Positions 51,416-64,000 of a stretch of DNA of 64,000 nt are shown piece after piece. Each line of letters begins with the position of its first letter. The first letter of the stretch is position 1. Source of the DNA: Geosiphon pyriformis uo1 (taxonomy: Eukaryota > Fungi > Glomeromycota); contig JAAOMT010000009.1 of NCBI GenBank assembly GCA_016748015.1, forward strand, positions 1,010,459-1,074,458, given 5' to 3'. A program made the position numbers and the translations under genes. The notes beneath the pieces were generated by a model, which was not told where the DNA came from, ran no database searches, and saw nothing but the letters and a program-made list of their open reading frames with translations.

Positions 51416-52729
51416 TGAGTATTATTGAGAAATTTTGAGAATATATAAAACCAATTTCCTGTGCTCGAGGCCGGAAATTTATACAATGCCAAAGATATCG
51501 GATAGATGGGACTGATATAATTTGAGAATTTATTAAGGATGTTAAACCAACAACTTTTTTTATATTATACTCCATATATATTTAATAGTCAGTGATTTTA
51601 ACTTCATTGATTGAAGATTCGCGCTCTTTAGTCGTGTGAATAATTGGCAAAAAAAAATATCCGGAAATATTTCTAAAATAGGAAAATAACTTTGGGAATT
51701 CAACTGCTGATTCTCACGTTAACTTTACTATTATCAATATTGCGTCAGAATATTTTTTTCAGAATCTTTGTTACATTAAATATTATTGATATCTTCATCA
51801 AATTAATCGTCGATTCATCAGTATAATCCATCACATAGCCACAGAGGGCGGCGATAATAGATAAGGAATTTCCTATTTGGAACTATCCTATGGGGAGAAA
51901 AATGTCACCCCATGGGAATTTGCGATAGTGGTTATTTGTGGTCAAAAATATCAGTTTTATGAAAATTATATCTTGAAAATTTAAATGACTAATAATACAA
52001 CTTATAAATGTTGAAAAGTAAATATTTTTTATTAAAAGTTTTTTTAATCTATTTCTTGATTAAAATTACATTTAAATAGGTTTGATATGGGGCGTGCTAC
52101 AACGGTCATAGTTACTAACATACAGTAGTAGGAATTAAACAAAGAAGCCGGTGGGCTAATTCTTTGGCTTTTTGTCTTTTTTATCTCAGATTTTAGTGTA
52201 GCCTTTTGGGTCATAGAGTTTGAAAGCTAAATTTTTCATTTTTCATGGAACCTGCGTGCTTATTAACAACAGTTTATTTTCCATTAATTGTCTTTACCAA
52301 TTTATAGCTAGAGAACAAATTCACTTACTAATTCTGAATTATATCTGATATTGAAGTCATGAAAAGCATTTTTTATTTTCCATTTTACCTATTTAGGCTC
52401 TGATTTTCCAATCAATGATTTGAATGTTATTTGGCAAATTGGCTTTTGGTGAATAAAAAAATTTAATTTTTTCTACATACAACGATATTATCTTTAATTA
52501 GGTTAAAAGGCTTTTTGAAATATTATTGCTTTTTGTAAAGTCAAGATCAGCTTTAATTTCAATTTTTCTTATAAAAATGTGGCAATTGATCAGCTTTTGG
52601 CTGAAATATTTAGCAAAGAATCAAACTAGTTAGCTTATTTGTTTATTTTTTTTTTCAATATTTATAATTTAAAGATTAGTTTTGTAAATTCTTTTATTAA
52701 AAATAGATAAAATAATTTTTTTAATAATA

Positions 52730-52732
52730 TAA

Positions 52733-52776
<44 letters not shown>

Positions 52777-53040
52777 TATTATTACTTTTGTTAAAATTAT
52801 TATGTTTATTTTATTATTTATTTATTTTAAAAAAAAATTATTATTATTATTAATTATGTTTTTTAAAGTTGTTTTAAAAATTTTTTTTAATATTAAATAT
52901 TTAAATATTACATTATTATTATAATTATTATTATTGTTATTGTTATTGTTATTGTTGTTGTTATTGTTATTGTTGTTGTTATTGTTATTATTATTATTAT
53001 TATTATTGTTATTATTATTGTTATTGTTATTGTTATTATA
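52730..53040. repeat. Compound (AAT)n/(TTA)n/(TTG)n microsatellites
   Basis: Directly visible trinucleotide runs at the start of the AT-rich domain. Confidence 0.85.
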
Positions 53041-56000
53041 TATATAGTTTTTTTAATAAATTTAAAACTTTAAACAAAATAATTAATAACTTATAAATAA
53101 TTTTAATTAAAATTTTAAATTTCAAAATTAAATAATATTTAATAATAATTTTATTGATAATTGTAATTTAAATAAAAAACAATTTTTATTTTAAAATAAT
53201 AAATTTTTTTTTATTGCTTAAACACAAAACAATTTAATAAATTATTTTATATTTTACAAATATAATTTAATTATTTTTATTTTTATATAACTTAATTATA
53301 TATTAAATATAAATTATATTATAAATAACATATAATTAATTACTTAAATATTTTAAATTTGACAAAAAAATAAAGTTTTAAAAAATTTAAGATAACTTTT
53401 TTTAAATTTTTTTATTATTATTATTTTATAAGTACAGTCTAACTATTATTTAATATACAGAAACAAATTAAGTATATTAAACTAAATATGACTCATATGT
53501 TTACTACATATGATTACCTATTTGAACCAATTAAAACTATATTATATACTTATATTAATCTTTAACTTATTATTTAAACCCAAAAAAAACAAACAGATCT
53601 TGTGTAATCTAAAATTAACTGCAAACAATTCAATAATCTTAAACATACAGATTATTTTAGATAAAAAAAATCTAGACAAGTTACTGTATATCTTAGACAG
53701 AATTTTTATGTTCTTTACTAAACCACTTTTCTTTCTATTAATTTTATATTAAAATCTAAAATTTCACAATTTATTACAATATATATTAACCAGATATCAA
53801 ACAAAATTAACTATTATTACTATAGTTTTTTTTTATTTTCAATCCTAAAAACAGTTTTGTTAACTCAATCCTTAAAAACAAATATTTTGCACAAAATTTC
53901 ATAAATACTAACATTGTTATCAGTAAAATTTTAACTATTAATTAGCATGAAATTATCTTCATAATTTCTATTATTAATTAACATATATTATTATCATTTT
54001 AATTATCACTTATTAATTAGCCAAATTATCAAAATATTATAATTTATTAATAACTTAATTTGTACCATAAAAATTAAGATGATTAAATTACACAATACTC
54101 TGAACCATTTAATATAATCAAAATTCGTCGAAATCAATGAAAATTGGCCAAAATAATCAATAATTTGTAGAAATAACTTGTAGTTTACCGAAATATATCT
54201 TTAGTTTGCCAAAATTAAAGCAAAAAGAAAAGTGCAAATTTAAAAACTAGTATTATAACAAGTTGTATAAAAAAAAAGCTTCTTTTTTCAAAAAAATATA
54301 TCTTTTCATAGTATCTTACTATAGTATTTTACTTTAGATATTTTAATCAAAACAAATCATCTTTTACATATTTAAATAAAAATTAAATATTCGAAAACCA
54401 AATCCTTGATTATTATACTTAAAATCTCCTCAACACAACTAACATTTTGAAATTGATTAGCTACCAATTTCAGTAATCTGTTAGTGATTCCAGGCCTGAA
54501 TAAAAAGCGTTTTCCTTGACACAATTCTATTTTTTAATATTTCTTTTATTTTTTTTTTATTTTTTTATTATAATCATTAGAGTAGCCTAGAAATGAGATT
54601 TCTGTAGAAGAGTTAGCTTTCACAGCAAAATAACTACACATTTTTAGTGAGCTTTCAGATGAGCAATTCTTGAAAAAAAGTTGACATTTACTACAATATA
54701 ACTACACAAAGCAACTAATATAGAATTGACTATTCTACTTATAAGCCCAGCAGTTCAAATTATAAAAGATAATTTGAAGATAAATTCAGTTATTGAAGGT
54801 TTAACTGCTTCCAGAAAACATGAAATTAGCAACAAACTAACATTAGCAACATTCAAGAAAAGAGACCAAAAATCTTCAATAATAACATCTAATATTCTTA
54901 ATAAAAAAGTATACAATACTTAAAAAATCAATGAAAAACAAAGTTTTACTAAAAAAATTTACAATTCAATATAATTTAACAAGATTTCAGAACATATTAA
55001 AGCATTTTTTAGACAGATAAAAAAATAATCAAGTAGTTTAATATTACTGCAGAACAAACACAATACACTAAAGTACTTTATATTATAAAGTCTTTTTCTG
55101 ACTGCAGTTGGCAATTTTCTATAAACTGTTTTCATTAAATATGTGTAAAAAGTTGCTAAAAATCTGTTAGTGTAACCAAAAAGCATATAAAAATCAGAAT
55201 GCTATATTGAAACAGTACAATATTAATCAATAATCTGAATAAAAAAATTTTATAAAATTCTTATATTCGAATTTGCTTCTTATTGAGCATAATTAATTGT
55301 TTGTTATATATTGTAAATAAAATACCAAATATTGTTCAAATAACTAAATTATTTGCCAAAATAAATTTTTCATACACATCAATAAGTAAAGAAATACAAA
55401 ACTGTACTATAATATTTATAAGGCTATTAGTTTTATTATTGTTACCATTCTTTGAATGGTTTTTAACTTTTATTTACTTAACAAAAATGTTTTTAGATTT
55501 AATTATAATCATATGTTGCTTCTTAATTCAGCATTTATTTTGAAAATTAAGCATAAACAGTATAAGTTTCAATACATATGTATTTATAATAGCTTGGTTA
55601 TTTGTATATAAAATCACTAAGCAAAATAAGAAAATACATTCTAAAACTAAAGCAATAGCCTGCAATTTTAATAATATTAATGATAGCAAACTGAAAATTC
55701 TCACATTTAAACACATTTTAATCTTAGAAAAATATACTGTTACTCTATTTATTATATTAACAATATTTAGATTATGTAGAGAATTATTGGTGTAAATATT
55801 AATTTCTTTTGTTTAAAGCTTATATAAATGTTTTTAAACATTCAAAAATTTATCTGAACTACAAAAGTTTGAATTGTTAGAATTAAAGCTGTATTCAATA
55901 AAATTAACAAGAGAATTATTCATATAATTAGCAACTTTTACAAATTATATTGGCACAAAGCTCTTTGAATTCAGCTTTTTTCAATAACAAAAAGTTTTTT

Positions 56001-58038
56001 AATTTATAATAGAGCCATATTTGTCCAATAATCTACTATCAAAAGCAATGCCAAGACATTTTAAAAAGTGAGTTATATCAAAGTAACATAAGTTATCCAA
56101 AATTTTTGATATAGAAAAATAACTAAAGGATTAGAATATACAAGATAACTTATTTGTCAAAAGAATATTGTTACCTAAAAAAATTCTCATTATGTCTGTT
56201 AAAAAATTGTTTATAAAATAAACTTTCAACTTGACAGAAAATTGTAGTGAATTTCTTGGCATCCAATCTGTGATCTGCAAATTCAAAAACCAGTATACAA
56301 ATAAGCTACCAAAAATTTCTGTTGTATTAGAGAACCAAAATAACAAAGCCACTTTGCTTTTTGCTTAAAGCTGCTTAAATGATTTAAGTCTATACAATAA
56401 AAAATAATACAAAGCTTTATTAAAAAAGTTCTTTGGCAAATTAGCCTTTGATCTAAGTTTTTTTTTAATTATGACATCTTACTTTTGACATATATTCTTA
56501 AACATAAAATTAAATTGCATCTGATAACAAATAATAAACTGCAAAACTGCTAAAACTAAGTAAAAAAATAGCTTATCTAACAAAGTTTTTCTGAAAACCA
56601 TGTTTAAAAAAAACCTGATATCTGAATATGTCTTGACAAGACTCTTAGACATATTTTCTGTTAACAAAAAAATTCCTAAATATTTGTAAAAATTTTTATA
56701 TTTGATAATAGAAATAAGTTGACTGCCAATATATAATAAAGCAGACACAACTCTTTGGTTAATAAGGATTGCAATTATCTTTTTATTGTTGATGCAAATA
56801 TTATTAATTTAAAAAACTGTTTAATTAAATCCAAAATATACTGTATCAAAGTCTGATCATTTCCTATTTAAATTGTATCATTCACAAAACTACTAATTAT
56901 AAAAAAAAAAATTTTCCTTCATTGACTTCTATTTTGCCTGTTTTAACCATAAAATTGGTATTAATATAATATTTATACAAATGCTCTTAATACTTTACTT
57001 TACACAATAAGGAATTATAGAAAATTTTCCAAAAAAGTAATAAGAAGATCTTACTTTAATTCAGTTCATTGTGCACTTTGTAATTATTTAAAAGACCAAA
57101 ATCTATTATTACTCTGTTAACTCTGTTTTTATGTATGTTTTCAAAGAAGTTAATAAATCTGTTACATATTCTAATCTATTTTAAATTAATTTCTAAATAA
57201 TGTCATTCAACTAAGTTATAAGTTTTATACATGTTCTATAAAACCAGCCAGAGCTTTCACTTCTTTTTTAAAGCATCTTTTACAATAGAACTGATAGCAA
57301 ATATTGGGAATTGAGTTGAAGTACTTTATAAAACTAAGAAATTATTACTAAAAAGTATATTAAATTTGTTATAGGCAGATATAATATAATCTAATAAAAT
57401 TTTGAACAAGATTTTTCTGGCAGTTTTAATTAATACAATGAGCTGTATGTTGGTTAAAACTTTATTCCAATTATATAGCTTAGAGATTATTGAGACTTAC
57501 ATATTTTTTTAAAAAACAGAAACATTTTCAAAAGTTAAATAAGTATTTAACAGAACCAAAAGACAATTTATCATCACATTATTGCAATGTTTTCAAAGTT
57601 TATTAATTATGTCAAATATATTAGCAGCTTTGCTATTAGGCAAACTATCAATTATTAAGATTAAATCTACTTTGCTAATAACACTTATTATACTAAAAAA
57701 AACATCTTTACTTATGTATACTAAAAGTACATATTGACAAGCTTATAAATTAGATAGGACTAAAAAAACTTCACATTTTTTTGTTCAATTTTTCATGATT
57801 TTATCAACTTTTTGCTTTATATTATCTAGATTTAAACCTAATTTTTTACCAATTATTAGGTAATCTAAAACCACTATTTTTCAAAATAACTGTTTTAAAA
57901 CACTTTTGATTATGTTGCTTTTATTAGAACTAAAATTTTCTATTTTTCTATTGATTGCATTTCTAATATCAACTGTCTTTTTAGTTTCAAATTTCTAATA
58001 CTTGGATTTTCAATACTTTTTTTTAATTTTTGACAATA

Positions 58039-58980
58039 TTACCAATAGAATTTTAATTATTAACTAATATAAAATTATTCTTATAATTCTTATTATTAAT
58101 TAGTATATATTAATATCATCTTAAATTATTATTTATTATTTAACCAAATTATTGAATATTACCAGTTAATTAATAACCCAATTTATACAATAGAAATTAG
58201 AATAATCAAATTACATAATACTTCAAACTATATAATATTCAAAAATTTGTCAAAATTTGTAGAAATTCACCAAAATAATAGTTTATCAAATTAACTTGTA
58301 ATTTGGCAAAATGTATCTTTAGTTTATCAAAATTATAGCAAAAAAAAAAGTCAAGTTTATAAACTAATACTACAATAAATTATATAAAAAAAAAGCTTCT
58401 TTTTTCAAGAAAATATATTTTATCATAAATATTTTATCTTACTTAGAATCATTTTAATTCAAATTAATTAGCTTTACAAAAAGTAATAAAGATATCAAAT
58501 ACTTGAAAACTAAATTTTTTAACTATTTATACTTAAAATTTTTTCAAGACTCAACTAATATTTTTAAAATTAATTAATCATCAATTTTAGTAATCTGTTA
58601 ATAACTCCAGGCCTAAATTAGAAAACAATTCCCTTAACAAAATTTTTTTTTTTTAATTTTTTTTTATTTTTCTGATTATAATTATTAGGGTAGTTTACAG
58701 ACAAAATTTCTATAGAAGAGTTAACTTTTACAGCAAAGTAACTACATATTTTAGTGAGTTTTCAGATAAACAATTTCTGGAAAAGAATTGACTTTTACTA
58801 CAAAGTAACTACACATAATAACTAACACAAAATTGATTATTTCATTTATAAGCCCAACAATTTAAATTATAAAAGATAATTTGAAGATAAATTCAGTTAT
58901 TAAAGATTAAATAGCTTCTAATAAACGTAAATTTGCAGCAAACAGACATTAAAAACATTCAAGAAAAGAGACCAAAAATC
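58039..58980 (-). mobile_element. Nested 3'-end fragment of the same LINE family inside ORF2
   Basis: Colinear diverged copy of ~53917-54865 (e.g. AAAAAAGCTTCTTTTTTCAA, GATAATTTGAAGATAAATTCAGTTATT, AAGAAAAGAGACCAAAAATC). Host ORF2 resumes on both sides. Confidence 0.8.
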
Positions 58981-59679
58981 TTTGATAACAACAAATACAA
59001 AAAAACTTCTTTATTTTTAGCCTTATATTTAACTAGAAAGAACAAACCACTTGAACTATTAATATTTAATCTTGTCCAAAACTGTTTGAAATAATTAAAC
59101 TTAACAACATTTCTGGAAGAAAAAGCTTTAACTATCTTTGAAACCAAAATTTCCAGTTTATAATATTTAAAAAACTGCTTATTTCTAAAATTATTACAAC
59201 TCTTAAATCAATTCCTAGAAAATACTTTGTCTGTTAACTTAATGACAACTGATTTTATAAAATTCTATATTATATTCAAATTGCTTTTATCCTTTGTATT
59301 CTAAAATTCATTATATAATTAAGACATTCTAATTAATAAATATTCTTTAAACCAAGTCTATTTTAATAGATTAACATTCTTAAAACCAAACTTTTATCAA
59401 TTTTTATTGGCATGTTTTCAAACAACATTTAAATTCACATCCAAAAAACCACTTAAACCAAGTAAAACCACAACAACCAAATGATTAATATTAAAGAAAT
59501 CAGAAATACTATTAACTTTTTGTTTAACTACTGTTATCAAAAAATGCTTACTAACTAAAATATAATTAATAGTCTATTAATGTTTTTTAAATTACTTTAT
59601 GTTAAAAACTTAACTATCTTAATATTTGACATAAAATTATACAAACCCAAATCAAAACATTTTTTTAAGTTTACTATTG

Positions 59680-60500
59680 TTCATAAAAATTAGAAATTAT
59701 AATAAATAGATAAAATAACCAATTAGAAATAAACATAGTAAAAAAAGAAATTCCAAAATTTTAGGATTCTTCTTAAGAAATTACAAAATTTTTTTTAAAG
59801 AAATTAAAAAATTTCAAGAAATTTTGTATAATATAAATTATATATATATAATAAAAATGTTAAAAGCAAAAAAAGTATTTAATAAAGTTCAGATTATTTT
59901 AAAAATAACAATACTTTTCTTTTTAAAAAATAGTTTTTTATAACTTAAAGTAGAATTATTCTTATATTAATAAAATTATCTATTATTATCCAATTTATGT
60001 TATCATTACTTGATTAAAAAAATATTAATTATTTCTATACTATCAATATTTCATGTTGATAGAATTCAATATTTAATTACATTAGACCAATAGCTCTTGA
60101 TCACAGTTATTAATGAGATATTAATTTTTTATTTTATTTTTATTTTATTTTTTATTTTTATTTTTATTTTTATTTTGTTGTTTACTAATTAATTAAAAAG
60201 ATTAAGTGCTAAGTATTTGATATTAAGGATAGTCTGATAAAAAACCTGAGAAAAAGAGTAAAAAACTTAAGAATAGCTTACCAGAAAAATATAATTACCA
60301 GAATAAATCAGTTATTACACTAAAAAAAGAAATTTACAGAAAAAATTATTAATTGAATTTTTGTTTATTATACAAAAAACTCAATCAAAACATTCAGACT
60401 CCAAAACCTTTAAAAATTACCAACATTTCTAGCTATTAAACACCAAGTTATGGATTTGTTATTTGTTCCAACACCCCAAATAATTATTTATAATATTACA
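59680..60500. mobile_element. ~0.82-kb insertion (probable solo LTR) in the LINE endonuclease domain
   Basis: Flanked by TATTG direct repeats (59675-59679, 60501-60505) and ends ...TATTACA. Removal restores NKDKNKAI|VNLKKCFDLGL. Contains (TTTTTA)n at ~60125-60175. Confidence 0.7.
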
Positions 60501-63253
60501 TATTGCTTTATTTTATCTTTATTGAAGTTATTTTTTAAAATTACATAAAAATTTGTGTTGATTGTTTTGGCAATACATGAATTCACCTTACCAGCCTAAT
60601 CAAATTGTATTTTAGCAAAAGCATTTGCATAAAGATTCAGAATAGTTACCAAAGCTTTCTTGTTAAACAATAATCAAAGTGAAAAGAGATGATCTAAAAT
60701 TTTAAAGACTTTATACATATGCTAAATAAGGGATTTGTTTATTACTATTGCCATTTTTGAATTCAACTAACCAGTATTCAAGCCAAATACAAATACTTTC
60801 AAGTCTACAAATCTGTTTTTAATCCAAGATCTGATTTGTTCTTTTAATTTTGTCTCAGTTATAATTAAAATTAAATTGCTTAATTCTTTATACCACTTAA
60901 CAATATTTTTTTGTTTTGTTAAATTGTTTATGCCCTTAATATTATACATAGCAATTTTTCAGACAAAACTGGTTATTAAAGTAAAAAAAATTCTAAAACC
61001 AAACTAAATTTGTCCATTTAGGCCAAAAAGCCTAAAACTGTATTTAAAAGACACTTCAAACTGTTCTCTAATTTATATACTACTGAAAAATCCAAAGATA
61101 CCACTCTTACAACAGTCTTATTACTAGTGCCAAACCTAAACTCTTATTTATTACTGTATTTGCTTTTTGATTCTGTAATAAAAAGATTATTAATGACTGA
61201 CTTTTAGAAATAAACTGGAAAACTATTGGCTCAAATTTGTCTAATCTTTTAGCCAACTTATTAATTTGTTTTGTAAGACTAACAAGACTGCATTTAAGAG
61301 TAGCAAACTCAATATTTAATTTATCAAACAAAAGCAAAATAGGCTTTATCTTTAAAAAAAAGCCAAATTCTACACAACTATTTTGTACAGGAAGAAAAGA
61401 AAGAATATTCTACTAACTATCTTAGCCCAAGAAATATTATTAAAAGAGACAAATTAAGTAATAAGTGCCAAACATTTGGCATAGATGTTTGTCAATTTGC
61501 TTTTATTTGTTTCTAATAAGCTTTTATGATTTGAGCCACTAAAAAACATTTTTCTATTTACAGTGCAATCTAATAATATATAATCTGAATTTTTATACTT
61601 TGCATATTTAGTCAAACTTAAGTGTAACCAATACAAATTAGTGTTTTTTAGCACTGACATGATTTTTATTACAGCTTTTAATGAATTAGCAGAATTAAAG
61701 CAGACTACTGTACACTTAGTTTAAATATATGTAACTAGATAATAATTCATAATACATGTTTCTTTATTCACAAAACTAATAAAATCCCAAATATTATAAG
61801 CATTTATTTCTATTGGTAATGTATAAAACAGTGTTCTATTTTTGTTTCTTGTATTTTATAATTTTTTGTTCATGTCAATTTTAGTTATACACACTGTATT
61901 CTTTCAAATTAAGACAGATCATATTATTGTAATTAGATTGACTTGATCTAAATAACCAAATTTAACCACAGCTTTTTGTTACATCTTTATTAGCTGTATC
62001 TTAATTGACTTGATTTTTCTAAATTCGAATAATACAATATGTATAACATCAGTTAATGTCTCAATTGAAATCTTTTTTATTATTATAACTTAATCTGAAT
62101 ATATAGTTGATTTTTTGAAATTAGTGTTTATAATAATATTTTCAACTTTTATTGAATTAATTATCTGCACCAAGTTTGATTCAAAAGTAAATATAGCTTT
62201 AATAATTTCAGCAAATTTTGAGAGGGTAGAAGTTTTTTCAAACCCATTGATTTTTGAAAATAATTTTTCTATTACTATAAGCTTTTCTTGAAAAAACTTT
62301 CTAATAACATTATTTAAATTAATATTCAAATCAAAAGACTTTCTAATAAAAACAAGAACCAGATTTTTTAAAAAGAAGGAGAAATTTGATAAGATATTTA
62401 ACAAAATATTATTATTATTATTATTACTCAAGAAGTTTATTTTTTTTAAAAATGTACTTAAAACTTTTTTGGTTTTAATTTGTGAACTTTTTGATGTTTA
62501 GTTAGAATTTTTTCTATTAGAAATATAGTCTTTATTATAATTAATACTGGTTTTTTCTATTAAACATTCCTTTTTTATATTAATATTATTAGATTTAGTA
62601 ATATTATCAGTCTCAAAATCCCAAGAGTGACTAGTTAAAGTTTCAATAAAAACCATCTTGTTATCAATACTGTTTTTTAAAACACCACTTTTTTTTTCTT
62701 CCTAGGAAAAACTTGTTTGTTATTATTATTAAAACCAGAATTTTTAATAGACTTCTTTATAATAGTCATACTAGAATTAATAATAATTTTGTAGTCAAGC
62801 AGAAAGAGTATAGATTTATTGTACTAAATAATTAAAAACTACTTTACAAAATTAGTATTCTTTGATGAATATTTAGATATAAGAGAGAAAAAAGTTTTTT
62901 TTTTAATTTAAGTTATAATATTTTAAGTTAAAATTAATGTAAATTAAAATTTTATAATTTAATTTAACTTATTAAATTTTATATATAAATAAATTAAATC
63001 TTAATTTGGTTTTTTTTAACTTAAAAAATAACAAATAATTAAAATAATATATTTGTTATTAAAAATAAAAATTTTATTAATATAATAATCAAATATTTTA
63101 AATCAAATATATTTTATATACTTTTTACATATAAGTCCAAAATTCCCAAAAAAGAGTCTAAAGTTTTTTCAAAAGAAGTTTTTTACCATTCAATATGATA
63201 AATCAAAACCATTCTTCAATTACGAGGCCACTGTTGGCTCTGTTATTGCTGTT

Positions 63254-64000
63254 ATGAAGAAAACCATTAAAGCTTCTGGTTTTGAGGGTGGTTTCAAGAC
63301 TGTTGCATCAAGAAAAAAGAGGAAGGGAGGTGTGTTGGAAGAGAGTATTGATAATAAAAGGGTTGTTGCCAAAGCTCTTGGTGCTCATTCATGGGGTTCT
63401 GAGACTGATGACACTATGGAATCTGAGAGTATTGACATGGAGGAAGAATGCTTGGTTGAAGAAACCAGTGTAGACTATGATGATAATAGTACTTTTACAG
63501 AAAGGGATCCTGATCAAACACCAAAGGGTTTGCGTGTAAAGACCAAGAAAGTATTAGGAAAGCCACTGGATGTGATTGATTATGATACTGTCAATGCAGA
63601 AGATGATGTATTAGATGACTCTCTTTTTCTCTCACCCTCTCTTCCAGTTAAGCTGTCCATTCAAGTGCCTGTTCGTAAATCCTTCACTTTAGATATTGAT
63701 CTTGTAGCAGTGGCTGGAAAATCCTCTTAGGAAAAAGTCAATTTTGTCAGAAAAATTTTTTCAGGTGTAAATGGTTTTGGAAGGGCCTCTACCCCCTCAA
63801 AATTTGGTGAAATCATCTGGGCATCTTTCACTTCTGAAAAAACGATGATGGTAGCTATACAGTTGGCAAATGATTGTGATGTTGTGGTAAACACCGATCT
63901 TAAGCGCCCCATCAACAATCGTACAAATCAGGCAATTGTGTTAAAAGAAATTCCTGTGGGAACTTCCATTGAGGCAGTGCATACAGCCATTTCTGAATTT
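63254..64000 (+). mobile_element. Younger copy of the same LINE family, ORF1 5' part (runs off window), with one premature stop
   Basis: MKKTIKASGFEGG...SWGSETDDT...KSFTLDIDL, then TAG at 63728-63730; the frame continues EKVNFVRKIFSGVNGFGRASTPSKF...LKEIPVGTS. Confidence 0.85.

Larger units (their letters stand above)
53910..62770 (-). mobile_element. Full-length degenerate non-LTR retrotransposon (ORF1 + APE endonuclease, RT, RNase H, Cys-rich domain), many stops
   Basis: Decayed motifs in order: ORF1 homologous to 63254-64000; endonuclease YNIKGINN...ITETKL, KNNFNKD (GGDFNED) and INYILV; RT FVNDTI (~56872-56889); RNase H YTNNSL (~55777-55794) and KVKNHS; CLFC...YFFIC. The 3' boundary is uncertain (53.4-53.9 kb). 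Confidence 0.88.

Noticed and set aside
53510-62431. Short I/K/N/L-rich ORFs as novel genes or an organellar insertion
   Set aside because: They are fragments or antisense frames of the mutated LINE; no mitochondrial genes are recognisable.
1-64000. tRNA, rRNA, CRISPR arrays or bacterial/endosymbiont HGT
   Set aside because: None seen; all recognisable genes are intron-containing eukaryotic orthologs.

Overview
Eukaryotic, intron-dense fungal genomic DNA, most likely Glomeromycotina/Mucoromycota. The retroelement ORFs resemble a family I associate with Geosiphon pyriformis; that is an inference, not a database result. Positions 1-51.4 kb form a compact block of 17 housekeeping genes with short introns: CCH1 (5'-partial), TAO3/furry, a centrin, MIC10, ERG8, an atypical eIF4E, VAMP7, SAM50, DPH1, PEX5, DTD1, eIF3h, RTC1/WDR24, a PTS2-bearing SDR, SPC2, KRS1 and GLC3. 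Two ~1.1-kb extreme-AT islands interrupt this block. From ~52.6 kb the sequence is very AT-rich and almost CpG-free. It holds a full-length, heavily C>T/G>A-mutated LINE with two nested insertions, lying head-to-head with a much less mutated copy of the same family. Main points of interest: (i) two minor-spliceosome (U12) introns, an AT-AC intron in CCH1 and a GT-AG intron in SPC2; (ii) repeat-restricted, both-strand C>T hypermutation that includes non-CpG sites (RIP-like) in a lineage where RIP is not established; (iii) a probable GG-AG intron in DTD1; (iv) an eIF4E with Trp73>Cys and a ~320-aa disordered N-terminus; (v) folded RNA elements in the oversized introns. Gene models were assembled by hand from splice signals and recalled homology.
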